64,000 nt of DNA from an uncultured Chthonomonadaceae bacterium (GCA_964429855.1 CAYSDM010000024.1:266-64265); one strand, 5' to 3'. Positions 38,553 to 53,108 are shown, counted from the first letter of the stretch. The notes: generated by a model not told the origin, from the letters alone. Translations and numbers: made by a program.

Positions 38553-39455
38553 ATGCAGTTAGGAATGGTGGGGCTGGGGCGCATGGGAGCCAATATGGTG
38601 CAGCGGCTCCTCAATGGCGGGCATCAGGTGGCGGCGTTTGACCGAAATCCTGCCGCTGTTGAGGAGATTGCCTCCAGAGGCGCGGTCGGCGCGACCTCAC
38701 TGGAGGATCTCGCGCGGAAACTGAATGCGCCTCGCGCCCTCTGGATCATGGTTCCGGTCGGCGCGCCGGTGCAGCAGACCATAGATGCCCTGCGTCCGCA
38801 CCTGCAGCCCGGCGATATTCTCATAGATGGCGGCAACTCCAACTTTCACGACAGCCGCCGCCGCGCCGAAGAGCTTGCTTCTGCAGGCATTCACTATGTG
38901 GATGTGGGCACTTCGGGCGGTGTATGGGGTCTGGAGAAGGGCTACTGCCTGATGATCGGCGGAGCGAGGGAGGCGTTTGAGCATCTGGAGCCGCTCTTTA
39001 AAACGCTGGCGCCGCCGGACGGCTACGCCTATGTGGGACCGAGCGGCGCAGGTCACTTTGTTAAGATGGTGCATAACGGCATCGAATATGGGATGCTCCA
39101 GGCGTATGGCGAAGGATTCGAAGTTCTGCACGCCTCCGATTACGATCTCGACCTGCATCAGATCGCGCACCTGTGGAATCAGACAAGCGTGGTACGCTCC
39201 TGGCTCCTCGAATTGGCGGAACGCGCCTTCGAGAAGGAGGGCGACCTGGCAAGCATTCGCGGTTATGTTGAGGATACGGGTATGGGTCGCTGGACAATAC
39301 AGGAGGCGATGGATAAGAACATCCCCGCGCCGGTGCTGACACTCTCCCTCCTGGCGCGATTTGCCTCCCGGCAAGAGGAGTCGTTTTCGGCGAAAGTGAT
39401 CGCCGCCCTGAGAAATGAGTTTGGAGGTCATGCGGTCAAGCGCGAGAAGCCTTAA
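38553..39455 (+). CDS. gnd: 6-phosphogluconate dehydrogenase (decarboxylating, short form)
   Basis: MQLGMVGLGRMGANMV at ATG 38553 (GGAGAAGGGAG SD), and GAGHFVKMVHNGIEYG. Confidence 0.85.
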   Translation: MQLGMVGLGRMGANMVQRLLNGGHQVAAFDRNPAAVEEIASRGAVGATSLEDLARKLNAPRALWIMVPVGAPVQQTIDALRPHLQPGDILIDGGNSNFHDSRRRAEELASAGIHYVDVGTSGGVWGLEKGYCLMIGGAREAFEHLEPLFKTLAPPDGYAYVGPSGAGHFVKMVHNGIEYGMLQAYGEGFEVLHASDYDLDLHQIAHLWNQTSVVRSWLLELAERAFEKEGDLASIRGYVEDTGMGRWTIQEAMDKNIPAPVLTLSLLARFASRQEESFSAKVIAALRNEFGGHAVKREKP

Positions 39456-39487
39456 CCCCTTGCCCTATTCTCCACAGATCGCCTGTC

Positions 39488-40399
39488 ATGACCATGATTA
39501 TAGACTTCCACACCCATATCGGCGATCTGCGCTCGCCATATAATCTCCAGCGCGCGCCTATCACGGCAGAAGACCTGATCGCGCGTCTGGACGACGAGGG
39601 CATCGCCCTTGCCGTCGTCCTGCCCTGGCCCAACGCGCCGGAAGCAGTGGAGTTTCCCGGACTGTTTGCCCCGCAGCCGGACGTGATCGGGCAGATTCGG
39701 GAGGCAGCCCGCTTCCCGGATCGGCTGATCCCCTTCGGCAACGCCGACCCGCGCTGGGGCGGGAACTCGCCGCGCGCAGACTTCTCCTGGCTCCTGGAGC
39801 GATTCGTAGAGATGGGCTGCCGGGGTATAGGTGAAGTGGCTGCCAATCTTCCCTTTGACGATCCGCGTGTTGTGAACCTGTTCCGGCAGTGCGGCGCATG
39901 GAATCTGCCCGTGACGATTGAGAGTACCGGTCCCGGCGAAGGCAGGTACGGTCTGGTGGACACCGCCGGATCACCGCATCTGGAGCGCCTGCTCCATCAG
40001 GCGCCGGAAACCGTCGTCGTCGGACACGGTCCTGGCTTCTGGGCTGACATCTCCGGCGACGCGAAGACGGAGGATCGGCTCGGCTATCCCGGAGGACCGG
40101 TGGTGGAAGGGGGCGGCGTGCCGAAGTTGATGCGCGCCTGCCCCAACCTCTACGCTGATATCTCTGCGGGCAGCGGTTATAATGCGCTCACCCGCGATGA
40201 ATCTTTCGGCGTCCGCTTTCTGAACGAGTTTCAGGACAAATTGCTTTTCGGAACGGATGTCTGCTTCGCGGATGCCGAGGGGCGGATGCCGCAGTTGCCT
40301 TATCTGCGCCGTCTCCATTCCGAAGGAAAGATCGGTCCGGAAGCCCTGGACAAAATACTCTACCGAAATGCGCTGCGCCTATTGCGCCTGCCGACATAG
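39488..40399 (+). CDS. Amidohydrolase-family (TIM-barrel metal-dependent hydrolase) protein
   Basis: IIDFHTHIGD metal-binding start, HGPGFW, LLFGTDVCF. Confidence 0.75.
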   Translation: MTMIIDFHTHIGDLRSPYNLQRAPITAEDLIARLDDEGIALAVVLPWPNAPEAVEFPGLFAPQPDVIGQIREAARFPDRLIPFGNADPRWGGNSPRADFSWLLERFVEMGCRGIGEVAANLPFDDPRVVNLFRQCGAWNLPVTIESTGPGEGRYGLVDTAGSPHLERLLHQAPETVVVGHGPGFWADISGDAKTEDRLGYPGGPVVEGGGVPKLMRACPNLYADISAGSGYNALTRDESFGVRFLNEFQDKLLFGTDVCFADAEGRMPQLPYLRRLHSEGKIGPEALDKILYRNALRLLRLPT

Positions 40400-40524
40400 C
40401 GCAGCCCTGATTCTATTCTGACGAAGATAGACATCGCCGAGCACCAGCCGGAGCAGCGTCGGCGGTTGCAGTAACGCAAGAGAAGCCGTAGAGACCTGTC
40501 CCATTCAGTGCGGAGGAAGAGAGA

Positions 40525-42120
40525 ATGTCGTCCGGTGAAACGCGGTCTATTCATCCATTGTCCAGCATAGCGTCCGGCACAACCACCGTAGAGGGGCCTA
40601 TCGTCAGCCGCTCCGTACTGGAGCGTCCTTCGGAAGGCAGCGCTTTCATCATCTTCGGCGCCAGCGGCGACCTGACTCGCCGAAAACTGATCCCCGCGCT
40701 CTACAATCTTGCCTGCGCCAGCCTGCTGCCGTATGGTTTTGTCGTCTTCGGATTTGCCGTCACCCCGAAGAGCGATGAGCAGTTCCGCAATGAGATGCGC
40801 GAATGGGTCATGAACTCCCCGGAAGCCAATGTCTTCCGGCAGGACATCTGGGAAACATTCGCCGAGCAGCTTCACTATATCACGGCGGACTTTGAGAGCG
40901 CGGAGGGTTACCAGGAACTCGCGCGACGGCTGCGGGAACTGGACGAGAGCGACGACTGCCCGGATAACCGCCTGTTCTACTGCGCGACCCCGCCCAGTTT
41001 CTTCCCGGTCATCGTAAGCAATCTGGGGAAGCACGGACTAACCACGCGAGCGAACGGTTCCAGCGCCTGGACCCGAATCATCATCGAAAAGCCCTTTGGA
41101 CACGACCTGCAGAGCGCGATCAAGCTCAATGAAACCATTCACGAGGTCTTTCAGGAAGAGCAGATATACCGCATAGATCACTATCTTGGCAAAGAGACGG
41201 TGCAGAATATCCTCGCCTTCCGGTTCGCAAACTCCATCATCGAGCCGATCTGGAATCGCCGGTATGTAGACCATGTGCAGATTACGGCAGCGGAGACGCT
41301 GGGCGTGGAGCATCGCGCCCGCTACTATGAGGAGGCGGGCTGCCTGCGCGATATGTTCCAGAATCACCTGCTGCAGTTGATGGCGCTGCTGGCGATGGAC
41401 GCCCCGGTACGCTACGATGGGCGATCCGTGCGAGACCGCAAAGCCGATGTGCTGCGCTCCATCGTGCCGATGAACCCGGAGAATCTGGCGGAAGTGGCGG
41501 TGCGCGGGCAGTATGGTCCCGGAGCCATCAACAATCTGTCGGTTCCTGGCTATCGCGAAGAGCCGGATGTCTCTCCCGCCTCCAATGTTGAAACCTTCGC
41601 CGCGATGAAGCTGATCGTGGATAACTGGCGTTGGGCGGATGTTCCCTTCTACATCCGTTCGGGAAAGCGGCTGCCCGCCAAACGCACGGAGATCGCCATT
41701 CAGTTCAAGCGCGTTCCACACCTCTTCTTTCGCGAGACGGCGGATCAGATCGAGCCGAACGTGCTGACCATCCGCGTACAGCCGGATGAGGGCATCTCGC
41801 TGAAACTGGGAGCGAAACAGCCCGGACCGCAGATGCACATCCGGCAGGTAAAGATGGAGTTCTCCTATGGAGATGCGTTCGGCGTGAACCCGGAGACCGC
41901 CTATGAAACCCTGCTGCTGGATGCCATGCAGGGCGACCCGACCCTGTTCAATCGCAGCGATGCGGTAGAACTGGCATGGGAGGTGCTGGAGCCGGTGCTG
42001 GAGACATGGTCGGCGACGCGCCCCTTCCACCCCTTCCCCAACTACGCCGCTGGAACCTGGGGACCGGCATCGGCAGACGCGCTGATCGCCCGGGATGGAC
42101 GCGCCTGGAAGAACAGCTGA
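40525..42120 (+). CDS. zwf: Glucose-6-phosphate 1-dehydrogenase
   Basis: [34 protein letters not shown]. Confidence 0.95.
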   Translation: MSSGETRSIHPLSSIASGTTTVEGPIVSRSVLERPSEGSAFIIFGASGDLTRRKLIPALYNLACASLLPYGFVVFGFAVTPKSDEQFRNEMREWVMNSPEANVFRQDIWETFAEQLHYITADFESAEGYQELARRLRELDESDDCPDNRLFYCATPPSFFPVIVSNLGKHGLTTRANGSSAWTRIIIEKPFGHDLQSAIKLNETIHEVFQEEQIYRIDHYLGKETVQNILAFRFANSIIEPIWNRRYVDHVQITAAETLGVEHRARYYEEAGCLRDMFQNHLLQLMALLAMDAPVRYDGRSVRDRKADVLRSIVPMNPENLAEVAVRGQYGPGAINNLSVPGYREEPDVSPASNVETFAAMKLIVDNWRWADVPFYIRSGKRLPAKRTEIAIQFKRVPHLFFRETADQIEPNVLTIRVQPDEGISLKLGAKQPGPQMHIRQVKMEFSYGDAFGVNPETAYETLLLDAMQGDPTLFNRSDAVELAWEVLEPVLETWSATRPFHPFPNYAAGTWGPASADALIARDGRAWKNS

Positions 42121-42148
42121 CGCCGCCGCATTCGGGAGTGGAGGAGAG

Positions 42149-43045
42149 ATGCGCTTGATTACCTGCCTGCTGTTGCTGGGGCTGATTATGCCTCTGTTCG
42201 GCTCTGCTTTTCCCCGACGAAAAGCGCAGGAAGAGCCGCCGTTCAAGATTCCGCTCTGGTCTCGTGGCGCGCCGGGAGCGAAAGGCAGCGACCCTGCCGA
42301 CACGCCCTTCATCGCCGTCTATCGTCCGCCTGCAGAGAAAGCCAACGGCGCGGCGGTGGTGATCTGTCCCGGCGGCGGCTACGGATTTCTGGCTCCACAT
42401 GAGGCGGAACCGATCGCGAAATGGCTGAACTCGCTGGGGGTAACCGGACTTGTGCTGACCTATCGCCTCGGACCCCGTTACCATCATCCGGCGATGCTTC
42501 AGGATGCCTCCCGCGCCATTCGTATGGCGCGCGCCCATGCGGTGGAATGGAAACTGGACGAAAAGCGAATAGGCATTCTGGGATTCTCCGCCGGGGGGCA
42601 TCTGGCATCCACCGCCGCCACGCACTTTGACGCCGGAGACCCTGCTGCCGACGATCCCATTGAAAGAGTCTCCTCACGCCCGGATATTGCGATTCTGATC
42701 TATCCGGTCATCACCATGAGCGATCCTTACACGCATGCAGGATCGCGCTCCAACCTGCTGGGCAGAAGTCCCTCGCCGGAGCTTGTGAAACTGCTCTCCA
42801 ATGAAAGACAGGTGACGCCGCAGACGCCGCCTGTCTTTCTGGTGCATACCACCCAGGATTCGGTTGTGCCGTTGGAGAACAGCCTGCTGTTCGCGCTTGC
42901 CTGCCGGAAAGCGGGCGTTCCGGTCGCCATGCAGGTCTACGAAAAAGGGCAGCACGGTTTCGGACTGGGCGGAAATGACCCGATTCTTTCGACCTGGCCC
43001 CCGCAGTGCGCGGCATGGATGAAGTCCCGGGGCTTTATCCGCTGA
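42149..43045 (+). CDS. Secreted alpha/beta-hydrolase (esterase/lipase type)
   Basis: Signal peptide [20 protein letters not shown] at ATG 42149. VVICPGGGY oxyanion region, nucleophile elbow GFSAGGH, distal QHGF. Confidence 0.75.
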   Translation: MRLITCLLLLGLIMPLFGSAFPRRKAQEEPPFKIPLWSRGAPGAKGSDPADTPFIAVYRPPAEKANGAAVVICPGGGYGFLAPHEAEPIAKWLNSLGVTGLVLTYRLGPRYHHPAMLQDASRAIRMARAHAVEWKLDEKRIGILGFSAGGHLASTAATHFDAGDPAADDPIERVSSRPDIAILIYPVITMSDPYTHAGSRSNLLGRSPSPELVKLLSNERQVTPQTPPVFLVHTTQDSVVPLENSLLFALACRKAGVPVAMQVYEKGQHGFGLGGNDPILSTWPPQCAAWMKSRGFIR

Positions 43046-43055
43046 CCGTCTCCTC

Positions 43056-44024
43056 CTACGGATCCTGCCGATAACGATGCGCCTCGTCAATGGCGGCGCG
43101 CAGGTTCTCCCAGGGCGTTCCGCCGGGAACGGTGCAGTCCGCGCCCAGAAGAAAGCGTCCGGGAGCCTCCTGCAGAACCCGGCGCGCCTCGCGGCGGACC
43201 TCCTCTTCGGTTCCCGCCGCCAGAACGCCCTTGCGCTCCATGCCTCCCATAAACGGGCGTCCGAACAGTCGCGATAGCTCCACGCTGCTCAAGGTTGTAC
43301 CGCCGATGACGGGATTGCAGTTAACAACATGACCGGGATAGTCCAGGAAAGGCGTCAGATCGTCGTAGCCGCCATACTCGTCGCTGTGATAGTCGCAGAT
43401 GTGCAGGATGTTGAAGGGACAGCGGCGATTGATCTCCTCCATTAACGCCAGATCATACGGCTTCACATAACGAGTAAAGAGCGAGGGATCGCGGAACCGG
43501 CGGCTCTCGCCTCCCTGCGTGGAGTGGTAGAAGCCATCTACGCCGATCTCGATACAGGCTCTCACAAACCCGAGCAGGCTGTCCGTCACGATCTCCAGCC
43601 CCTTTTTCACCGCGTCCGGATTCTCGTGGAGGTGGCTGTTCAGCGTATCCCTGCCGCCCAGATGTCCCGCGCACATCAGCGGCGAATAGAGTGTCAATAC
43701 GATCAGCGCCTCCCCCTTCATTGTCTCCACCAGCCCGCGCACCACCTCCAACTGCGGCTCGAAGAAGTCCAGTCCCAGATGCGGCACAGATGCCCAGTCC
43801 TCCGGTCGGGACACCGGATACGCGGGAAAGGTTCGCTCATACTGAATCTTCACGAAGTCCATCCCGGTGAAGCGGAAGAACTCCTGATGCTTTGCGACGG
43901 CTGCCGCTCCTCGATGATACTCAGGCGGAAAGTGCAGGAAGAAGGCGGCGGGAATATAGGTCTGTGGCGGATTGCCCTCCAGTCCCCCATCCAGCAGGCT
44001 TAGAACGGCGTCTCTTCGATTCAT
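43056..44024 (-). CDS. Uroporphyrinogen-decarboxylase (URO-D) family protein
   Basis: N-terminus MNRRDAVLSLLDG. C-terminus GRFLLGADCTVPGGTPWENLRA. Length and pattern fit URO-D/MtaA-like TIM barrels. Tentative. Confidence 0.65.
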   Translation of the reverse strand: MNRRDAVLSLLDGGLEGNPPQTYIPAAFFLHFPPEYHRGAAAVAKHQEFFRFTGMDFVKIQYERTFPAYPVSRPEDWASVPHLGLDFFEPQLEVVRGLVETMKGEALIVLTLYSPLMCAGHLGGRDTLNSHLHENPDAVKKGLEIVTDSLLGFVRACIEIGVDGFYHSTQGGESRRFRDPSLFTRYVKPYDLALMEEINRRCPFNILHICDYHSDEYGGYDDLTPFLDYPGHVVNCNPVIGGTTLSSVELSRLFGRPFMGGMERKGVLAAGTEEEVRREARRVLQEAPGRFLLGADCTVPGGTPWENLRAAIDEAHRYRQDP

Positions 44025-44266
44025 GGTCTGCCCCCTGACGGCGTTTATCTTCTCAATTCCGCTATCGGGATGGGACTCTCCTGCTCAATCCAGAAATCCG
44101 GCAGCCCGAAATCAAACCGGTTCGTCGGCGAATTGTTTTCCGCGCGTCATGAAAGAAGGTAGGATTTTGACGGTATTTCGCACAACTGAATAGATAGCTG
44201 GACATGGCTGCATGAAGGCGGAGGCGCGCTTTCCTGCCGTCGGGGAAATAGATAGAAGGATTCGGT

Positions 44267-47200
44267 ATGAAGCGTATCACTGGAATATCGGGTAGATGTC
44301 TGGGATTGTCGGCGTTGACCCTGCTGCTGGCGGCTTTGACCGTCATGGCGGCGTCGCAGACGAAACGTCCCGCGCCAGTAATGTTCAATCGGGACATTCG
44401 CCCGATCCTGTCGGAGAACTGTTTCGCCTGTCACGGTCCCGATCAGAACAAACGGATGGCGGGACTGCGGCTGGATGTTCGCTCCGAGGCAGTAAAGCGT
44501 GGAACCATTGTCCCCGGAAAACCGGAGCAGAGCCGCCTGATTACCCGTGTCTTCGCAAAGCAGCCGCAGTTACGGATGCCTCCCCCTTCCACGCATCGAG
44601 CACTGACTCCCGCGCAGAGATCGCTGCTTCGGCAATGGATCGCCGAAGGCGCGAAATATGAGAAGCACTGGTCTTTCGTTCCGGTTCCAGCGCAGGTCGC
44701 TCTCCCGAACGTCAAAAATGCCGCCTGGGTTCGCAACCCGATTGACCGATTCGTGCTGGCGCGTCTGGAGCAGGAGCGTCTAAAGCCCTCGCCTCCTGCA
44801 TCGCGCGCAGACTGGCTGCGCCGGGTCACCTTCGACCTGACCGGACTGCCGCCTGCTCCCGCCGAAATCGCCGCGTTTCTGGAAGACCGATCGCCACAGG
44901 CATATGAAAAGGTGGTGGACCGCCTGCTGGCAAGCCCGCGATATGGAGAGCGGATGGCGCAGCCCTGGCTCGATGTGGCGCGTTATGCCGACAGCTACGG
45001 TTATCAGAGCGACCAGCTTTCGCCTACCTGGCCCTACCGCGACTGGACGGTTCGGGCTTTTAACAGCAATCTCCCCTACGATCAGTTCATTACCTGGCAG
45101 CTTGCGGGCGATCTGCTGCCCTCCCCCACACGCGAACAGCGGCTGGCAACTGCCTTCAATCGCCTGCACCGCATGACAGGAGAAGGCGGGAGCGTTGCGG
45201 AGGAGTGGCGGATCGAAGGGGTCTCAGATCGCGTGCACACCTTCGGCATGGCGTTCCTCGGCCTGACTCTGGAGTGCGCTCGCTGCCACGATCATAAGTA
45301 CGATCCTATCTCCCAGCGCGACTACTACGCGCTCTCCGCCTTCTTCAACAGCATTGACGAGTACGGCCTGTATGACCGCGCCGACATTGTGCCGACGCCG
45401 ACTCTGCTCCTGCCAACTCCGGAGCAGGAGAAGGCTCTGTCCGTCGCCCGCGAGACATTAGCGGCGCGTGAACGGGAATATGCAAAGACACGCGCCGAGA
45501 GGGAGACCGCCTTCCGCGAGTGGCTGGCATCCCCGACGCCGCTTTCACATCCAGACATGATCGGACGGTTCGATTTCGAGCGGTTTGACGGCGCGACGCT
45601 GCCGAATCTGGTTCCGGGAGAGAAGCGAAACGGCGCGCGGCTGGATGAGGTTCCTCTGGTGGAAGGACGCTCAGGAAAGGCGGCGCGTCTGGATGGAGAG
45701 AACAACGTCAACTTCCCGGAACTCGGTCGGTTCACCCGGCATACGCCCTTTACCATCGCCTTCTGGATGCGCGATCCGCGCCTGATCGAAGAGCCACTGG
45801 TCGTCTTCCAGGCATGCAGCGGAACCGATGTCGGACCGCACGGCTACGATCTGATGATGGAGAAGGGCGTGTTGACGGCGCGGCTCTTCCGCCACTGGCC
45901 CGGCAATGCCATCGCGGTGCGAACCCGGGAGTCGGTTCCGAAAGATGCCTGGACGCACGTCGCCGTTACCTACGATGGCTCAAGCCGCGTTGCCGGACTG
46001 AAAATCTACCTTAACGGCAGGCTTGCAGACAGTGAGATGCTACGGGACCACATGGTGAAGGGGATCGGTCAGCACACGCTGATCTTCGGGCAGCGTTTTC
46101 GAGATCGCGGTTTCAAAGGCGGACTGATTGACGAACTGAATATCTATGCCCGCGATCTATCGGCAGTGGAGGTGGCGCAGGTCTACGACGGGCGCAGCCT
46201 CGCTCTGGCGCTGGCGCAGCCGCAAAAGAACGAAGCCGCTCTGCGAGAATACTACTTTTCCGCTCTGGACTCTCCCACAAGAGAATCGGCGCAGAAGCTG
46301 GCGGCGGCGCGCGCGCAGGTCATCGCGCAGGAAGACGCCCAGTTCGAGATCGCCGTGATGGAAGAGATGTCTCAGCCTCGCCCCACCTTTGTGCTGGCGC
46401 GAGGACAGTATGACGCGCCGAAGACCGCCGCAAATCGGGTCTACCGCCACACTCCCGCCGCGATTCTCTCCTTCCCGGAGGGTCTGCGGCGGGACAGGCT
46501 GGGTCTGGCGCAGTGGCTCACTCTTCCCGACAACCCGCTCACCGCGCGGGTCGCCGTCAACCGCCTCTGGGCGCTCTTCTGGGGGAGAGGGCTGGTGGAG
46601 ACCGCCGAAGACTTCGGCATTCAGGGACGCCTACCCTCGCATCCGGAGCTTCTCGACTGGCTGGCGCGTGAATTCATGCGGTCAGGGTGGAACGTCAAGA
46701 GTCTGATCCGGCAGATCGTTCTCTCCAACGCCTACCGGCAGGCTTCAGCGGTGCGTCCAGACCTGCGTGAGCGCGATCCGAATAATATACTGCTGGCGCG
46801 CGGTCCCAGTCATCGTCTGAAAGCGGAGATGATTCGTGACGCCGCACTGTTTGCCAGCGGCTTGCTGGAGGAGCGTCCGGGAGGACCTCCGGTCAGCCCC
46901 TATCAGCCGGGCGATCTCTGGCGCGAGAGCAACACGATGAGTCCGGCGTACCGGCAGAGCGTCGGAACCGATCTGTATCGGCGCAGTCTCTATACGGTCT
47001 GGAAACGCACGGCTCCCATGCCGAACATGATGGCGTTTGACGCCGTCACCCGTGAGGTCTGCGTGGCGCGTCGTCAGACAACGAACACGCCTCTGCAGGC
47101 GCTGGTGCTGCTCAACGACACGCAGTTTATCGAGGCGGCGCGCGTTCTGGCGGAGCGCGCTCTGAAGGAGGGCGGTAAAAGCGACAGAGAACGCATACGC

Positions 47201-47434
47201 TTTATGTTCCTGCGGCTCGCCTCTCGCGAACCGACCACAAAAGAGTCGCATCTTCTGACCTCGCTCTGCGAACAGCAGCGCGCCATGTTTATTAAAGAGC
47301 CGGAGCGCGCCGCAAAACTGATACGGATCGGAGAGCGCAAGCCCGATCCTGCGCTCCCTCCCATCGAAACGGCAACGGCGGCGGTTCTGGCGCAGACGAT
47401 CCTGAACCTCGATGCCGCTGTCTGGAAGCGATAA
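44267..47434 (+). CDS. PSCyt (planctomycete cytochrome c) / DUF1549 / LamG-like / DUF1553 / PSD1 domain protein
   Basis: Haem site FNRDIRPILSENCFACHGPD. DUF1549-like NPIDRFVLARLEQERLKPSPPA. DUF1553-like CARCHDHKYDPISQRDYYALSAFFN. LamG-like insert (FTIAFWM..WTHVAVTYDG..LKIYLNGRL). Confidence 0.85.
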   Translation: MKRITGISGRCLGLSALTLLLAALTVMAASQTKRPAPVMFNRDIRPILSENCFACHGPDQNKRMAGLRLDVRSEAVKRGTIVPGKPEQSRLITRVFAKQPQLRMPPPSTHRALTPAQRSLLRQWIAEGAKYEKHWSFVPVPAQVALPNVKNAAWVRNPIDRFVLARLEQERLKPSPPASRADWLRRVTFDLTGLPPAPAEIAAFLEDRSPQAYEKVVDRLLASPRYGERMAQPWLDVARYADSYGYQSDQLSPTWPYRDWTVRAFNSNLPYDQFITWQLAGDLLPSPTREQRLATAFNRLHRMTGEGGSVAEEWRIEGVSDRVHTFGMAFLGLTLECARCHDHKYDPISQRDYYALSAFFNSIDEYGLYDRADIVPTPTLLLPTPEQEKALSVARETLAAREREYAKTRAERETAFREWLASPTPLSHPDMIGRFDFERFDGATLPNLVPGEKRNGARLDEVPLVEGRSGKAARLDGENNVNFPELGRFTRHTPFTIAFWMRDPRLIEEPLVVFQACSGTDVGPHGYDLMMEKGVLTARLFRHWPGNAIAVRTRESVPKDAWTHVAVTYDGSSRVAGLKIYLNGRLADSEMLRDHMVKGIGQHTLIFGQRFRDRGFKGGLIDELNIYARDLSAVEVAQVYDGRSLALALAQPQKNEAALREYYFSALDSPTRESAQKLAAARAQVIAQEDAQFEIAVMEEMSQPRPTFVLARGQYDAPKTAANRVYRHTPAAILSFPEGLRRDRLGLAQWLTLPDNPLTARVAVNRLWALFWGRGLVETAEDFGIQGRLPSHPELLDWLAREFMRSGWNVKSLIRQIVLSNAYRQASAVRPDLRERDPNNILLARGPSHRLKAEMIRDAALFASGLLEERPGGPPVSPYQPGDLWRESNTMSPAYRQSVGTDLYRRSLYTVWKRTAPMPNMMAFDAVTREVCVARRQTTNTPLQALVLLNDTQFIEAARVLAERALKEGGKSDRERIRFMFLRLASREPTTKESHLLTSLCEQQRAMFIKEPERAAKLIRIGERKPDPALPPIETATAAVLAQTILNLDAAVWKR

Positions 47435-47436
47435 AG

Positions 47437-48576
47437 GTGAATCGAAAAGAGCGATTGATGGCGACGCTGCGCGGGGAGAGAGTAGACCGTCCGCCCGTAT
47501 GTTTCTATGAATTGAACGGGTTGGATGAGAATACGGAGAGCGCCGATCCCTACAACATCTTTTCCGATCCCTCCTGGCAGCCGCTTCTCCAGTTGACGCG
47601 GGAGAAGACGGATCGGATCGTGATGCGCGGCATTCCGTTCCGAGACGCTTCCGCCGAGCCAATGAGCGAGTTGACGACGGTCGAAACGGAGGAGCGCGAC
47701 GGGGAGCTTATCACCAGGGTTACCATACGCGCCGGAAACCGAATCCTCACCGGGCGCACAAAGCGACAGGCGGCGATCAACACGGTCTGGACGGAAGAAC
47801 ATCTGCTGAAAAGTGTGGAGGATGTGAAAGCCTATCTGGAGATTCCCGCGCCGCCCTTCGGAGGAACGCCTGACCCGTCGCATGCGCAGGCGACCGAAGA
47901 GGCGCTGGGAGATACCGGAATCGTAATGGTGGACTCGCCCGATCCTCTGGTGATGGCGGCATCCCTTTTTGAGATGGGAGAGTACACGATCTTCGCGCTG
48001 ACGGAGCCAAAGCTGTTTCGCCGGCTGCTGGATCGCTTTGCGGAGACGCTCTATCCTCGCGTGGAGGCGATTGCCGCCGCCTTTCCCGGTCACCTCTGGC
48101 GCATCTATGGACCGGAATACGCCTCTCCGCCCTATCTGCCTCCATACCTCTTCCGGGAATATGTGGCTGCGTATGACCATCCGCTCGTGGAGAGCATTCA
48201 GCGGTATGGCGGTTATGCGCGAATCCATTCGCACGGACGCCTGCGGGCCATTCTGGACGATATCGCCGGGATGAAACCGGACGGTCTCGATCCTATCGAG
48301 CCGCCGCCGCAGGGAGATATGCAGTTATGCGAGGTGTGGGAGAAGATGGGCAGGGAGACGGTTCTGTTCGGTAATCTGGAGATCAGCGACATCGAGACTC
48401 TGCCCACACCTCTGTTTGTGGTGAAGGTAAAACGCGCTCTGTCGGAAGGAGTGAGGGAAGGCGGTCGGGGATTCGTGCTGATGCCCTCCGCCTGCCCGCT
48501 CGGACGAACGCTGCCCGCTCTCACCCTCTGTAACTATGAGGCGATCATAGATCAGGTCGAACGTTTTTCAGCGTAA
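47437..48576 (+). CDS. Uroporphyrinogen-decarboxylase (URO-D) family protein
   Basis: KERLMATLRGERVDRPPV N-terminal pattern and GRGFVLMPSACPLG C-terminal pattern. Starts 2 nt after the preceding stop. Confidence 0.7.
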   Translation: MNRKERLMATLRGERVDRPPVCFYELNGLDENTESADPYNIFSDPSWQPLLQLTREKTDRIVMRGIPFRDASAEPMSELTTVETEERDGELITRVTIRAGNRILTGRTKRQAAINTVWTEEHLLKSVEDVKAYLEIPAPPFGGTPDPSHAQATEEALGDTGIVMVDSPDPLVMAASLFEMGEYTIFALTEPKLFRRLLDRFAETLYPRVEAIAAAFPGHLWRIYGPEYASPPYLPPYLFREYVAAYDHPLVESIQRYGGYARIHSHGRLRAILDDIAGMKPDGLDPIEPPPQGDMQLCEVWEKMGRETVLFGNLEISDIETLPTPLFVVKVKRALSEGVREGGRGFVLMPSACPLGRTLPALTLCNYEAIIDQVERFSA

Positions 48577-48588
48577 TGGGGGAACAAT

Positions 48589-51488
<2,900 letters not shown>

Positions 51489-51512
51489 CGCCCAAAGACT
51501 TCGCCGTATGCA

Positions 51513-51550
51513 AACAGGTTCCTCGCCCAACCGACGGGGAACCTGTTCTT
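51513..51550 (+). terminator. Hairpin downstream of eno
   Basis: 10-bp stem aacaggttcc / ggaacctgtt with a 15-nt loop, followed by cttg. Confidence 0.5.
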
Positions 51551-51645
51551 GCAGACGGCGGGCTGCTCATTCGGAAGAGGAATAGCGTCCGGCAGTGTAT
51601 AATGAACCGATAACAACGTCACGATAAAAAGGCGCACAGTCATCT

Positions 51646-53076
51646 ATGAGGAAAACGCGGATCGTTTGTACCCTCGGACCGGCTTCGTTGAAGCGCAGCG
51701 TGTTGGAGAAGATGCTGAATGCCGGGATGGATGTGGCGCGCCTGAACTTCTCTCACGGCTCCCATGAACAGCATGCCCAGACCATCGCCCTGCTGCGCTC
51801 CCTGAGCGCCTATCGTGAAAAACCGCTGGCGATCCTGCAGGACCTCTCCGGCCCCAAGGTGCGCCTGGGAAAGATCGCCTGCGGAACCGTCCCGCTTCGT
51901 CGGGGACAGCAGATCGTCCTGACCACGCGCAGCGTGCCGGGAGATCATCAGGAGGTGCCGCTGCCTGTCCCCGAACTGGTCGCCGCCCTGCGTCCCGGAG
52001 ACCGACTCTTCGCCGACGACGGGCGCGTGGAGATGCGCGTTCTGGAGGTATCCGCCACCGACGTTCTGGCGCGAACGGTCGTTCCGGGAGACCTGAGCAG
52101 TAACAAGGGGGTGATGTCGCCGGGCGTTTCGCTGGATATTCCCGGCGTGACCTCCAAAGATATCACAGACCTGCGCTTCGGGCTGGCGCAGGGCGTGGAC
52201 TGGGTCGCCGCCTCCTTCATTCGCAAGCCGGAAGACCTCGCTCCCCTGCGCGAGGTGATGCGCGAAATGGATATTCATCGCCCGATCATCGCCAAGATCG
52301 AAAAATGGGAGGCGGTGAAGCGGATCGAAGAGATTATCGCCTGCGTGCAGGGCGTCATGGTGGCACGAGGCGATCTGGGCGTCGAGATACCGATTGAAGA
52401 GGTGCCGGGCGTTCAGAAGAAGATCATCCGACTATGCAACCGCGCCGGCAAACCGGTGATCACCGCGACGCAGATGCTCGACTCGATGATTCACAACCCG
52501 CTTCCAACCCGCGCGGAGGTGACCGATGTGGCTAACGCGATCCTGGATGGAACCGACGCGGTGATGCTCTCCGGAGAGACGGCGGCGGGACAGTATCCGC
52601 TCGAATCGGTGCGGATGATGGCGAAGATCGCCGCGGAGACGGAACCGCAGGTACCGGATCGAGCCGCCTTTTCCGGCATTCGCCCCGGACGCGCCGATGC
52701 TGCCGAAGTGGTGGCACAGGGCGCTGTGGAGATGGCTCGCGCGCTGCGCGCCGCCGCGATCATCTGCGCGACGACCTCGGGCAGTACGGCGCGGCTGATC
52801 GCCAAATATCGCCCCGATACGCCGGTTGTCGCGCTGACGCATCAGTCGGAGACCTTCCGGCGCCTGGCGCTGACCTGGGGCGTGCGCCCGATCCTGATAA
52901 GCGCCATTGCCGACACCGATGAGATGATGGAGAAGTCCATCGCGGCGGTGGTAGAGAAAAAGATCGTCCGAACCGGCGACCTGGTCGTATTGACGGCGGG
53001 CGTCCCTGTGAATATCGTTGGCAACACCAACCTGATTCGAGTCCATACCGTCGGGCAGCCGATTCGCGCCCGTTAA
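51646..53076 (+). CDS. pyk: Pyruvate kinase
   Basis: RKTRIVCTLGPAS, NFSHGSHE, MVARGDLGVEIP, MLSGETAAG. Confidence 0.95.
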   Translation: MRKTRIVCTLGPASLKRSVLEKMLNAGMDVARLNFSHGSHEQHAQTIALLRSLSAYREKPLAILQDLSGPKVRLGKIACGTVPLRRGQQIVLTTRSVPGDHQEVPLPVPELVAALRPGDRLFADDGRVEMRVLEVSATDVLARTVVPGDLSSNKGVMSPGVSLDIPGVTSKDITDLRFGLAQGVDWVAASFIRKPEDLAPLREVMREMDIHRPIIAKIEKWEAVKRIEEIIACVQGVMVARGDLGVEIPIEEVPGVQKKIIRLCNRAGKPVITATQMLDSMIHNPLPTRAEVTDVANAILDGTDAVMLSGETAAGQYPLESVRMMAKIAAETEPQVPDRAAFSGIRPGRADAAEVVAQGAVEMARALRAAAIICATTSGSTARLIAKYRPDTPVVALTHQSETFRRLALTWGVRPILISAIADTDEMMEKSIAAVVEKKIVRTGDLVVLTAGVPVNIVGNTNLIRVHTVGQPIRAR

Positions 53077-53108
53077 AACGGTTCGCAGAGCCTCAGAAAG
53101 AGGGGATC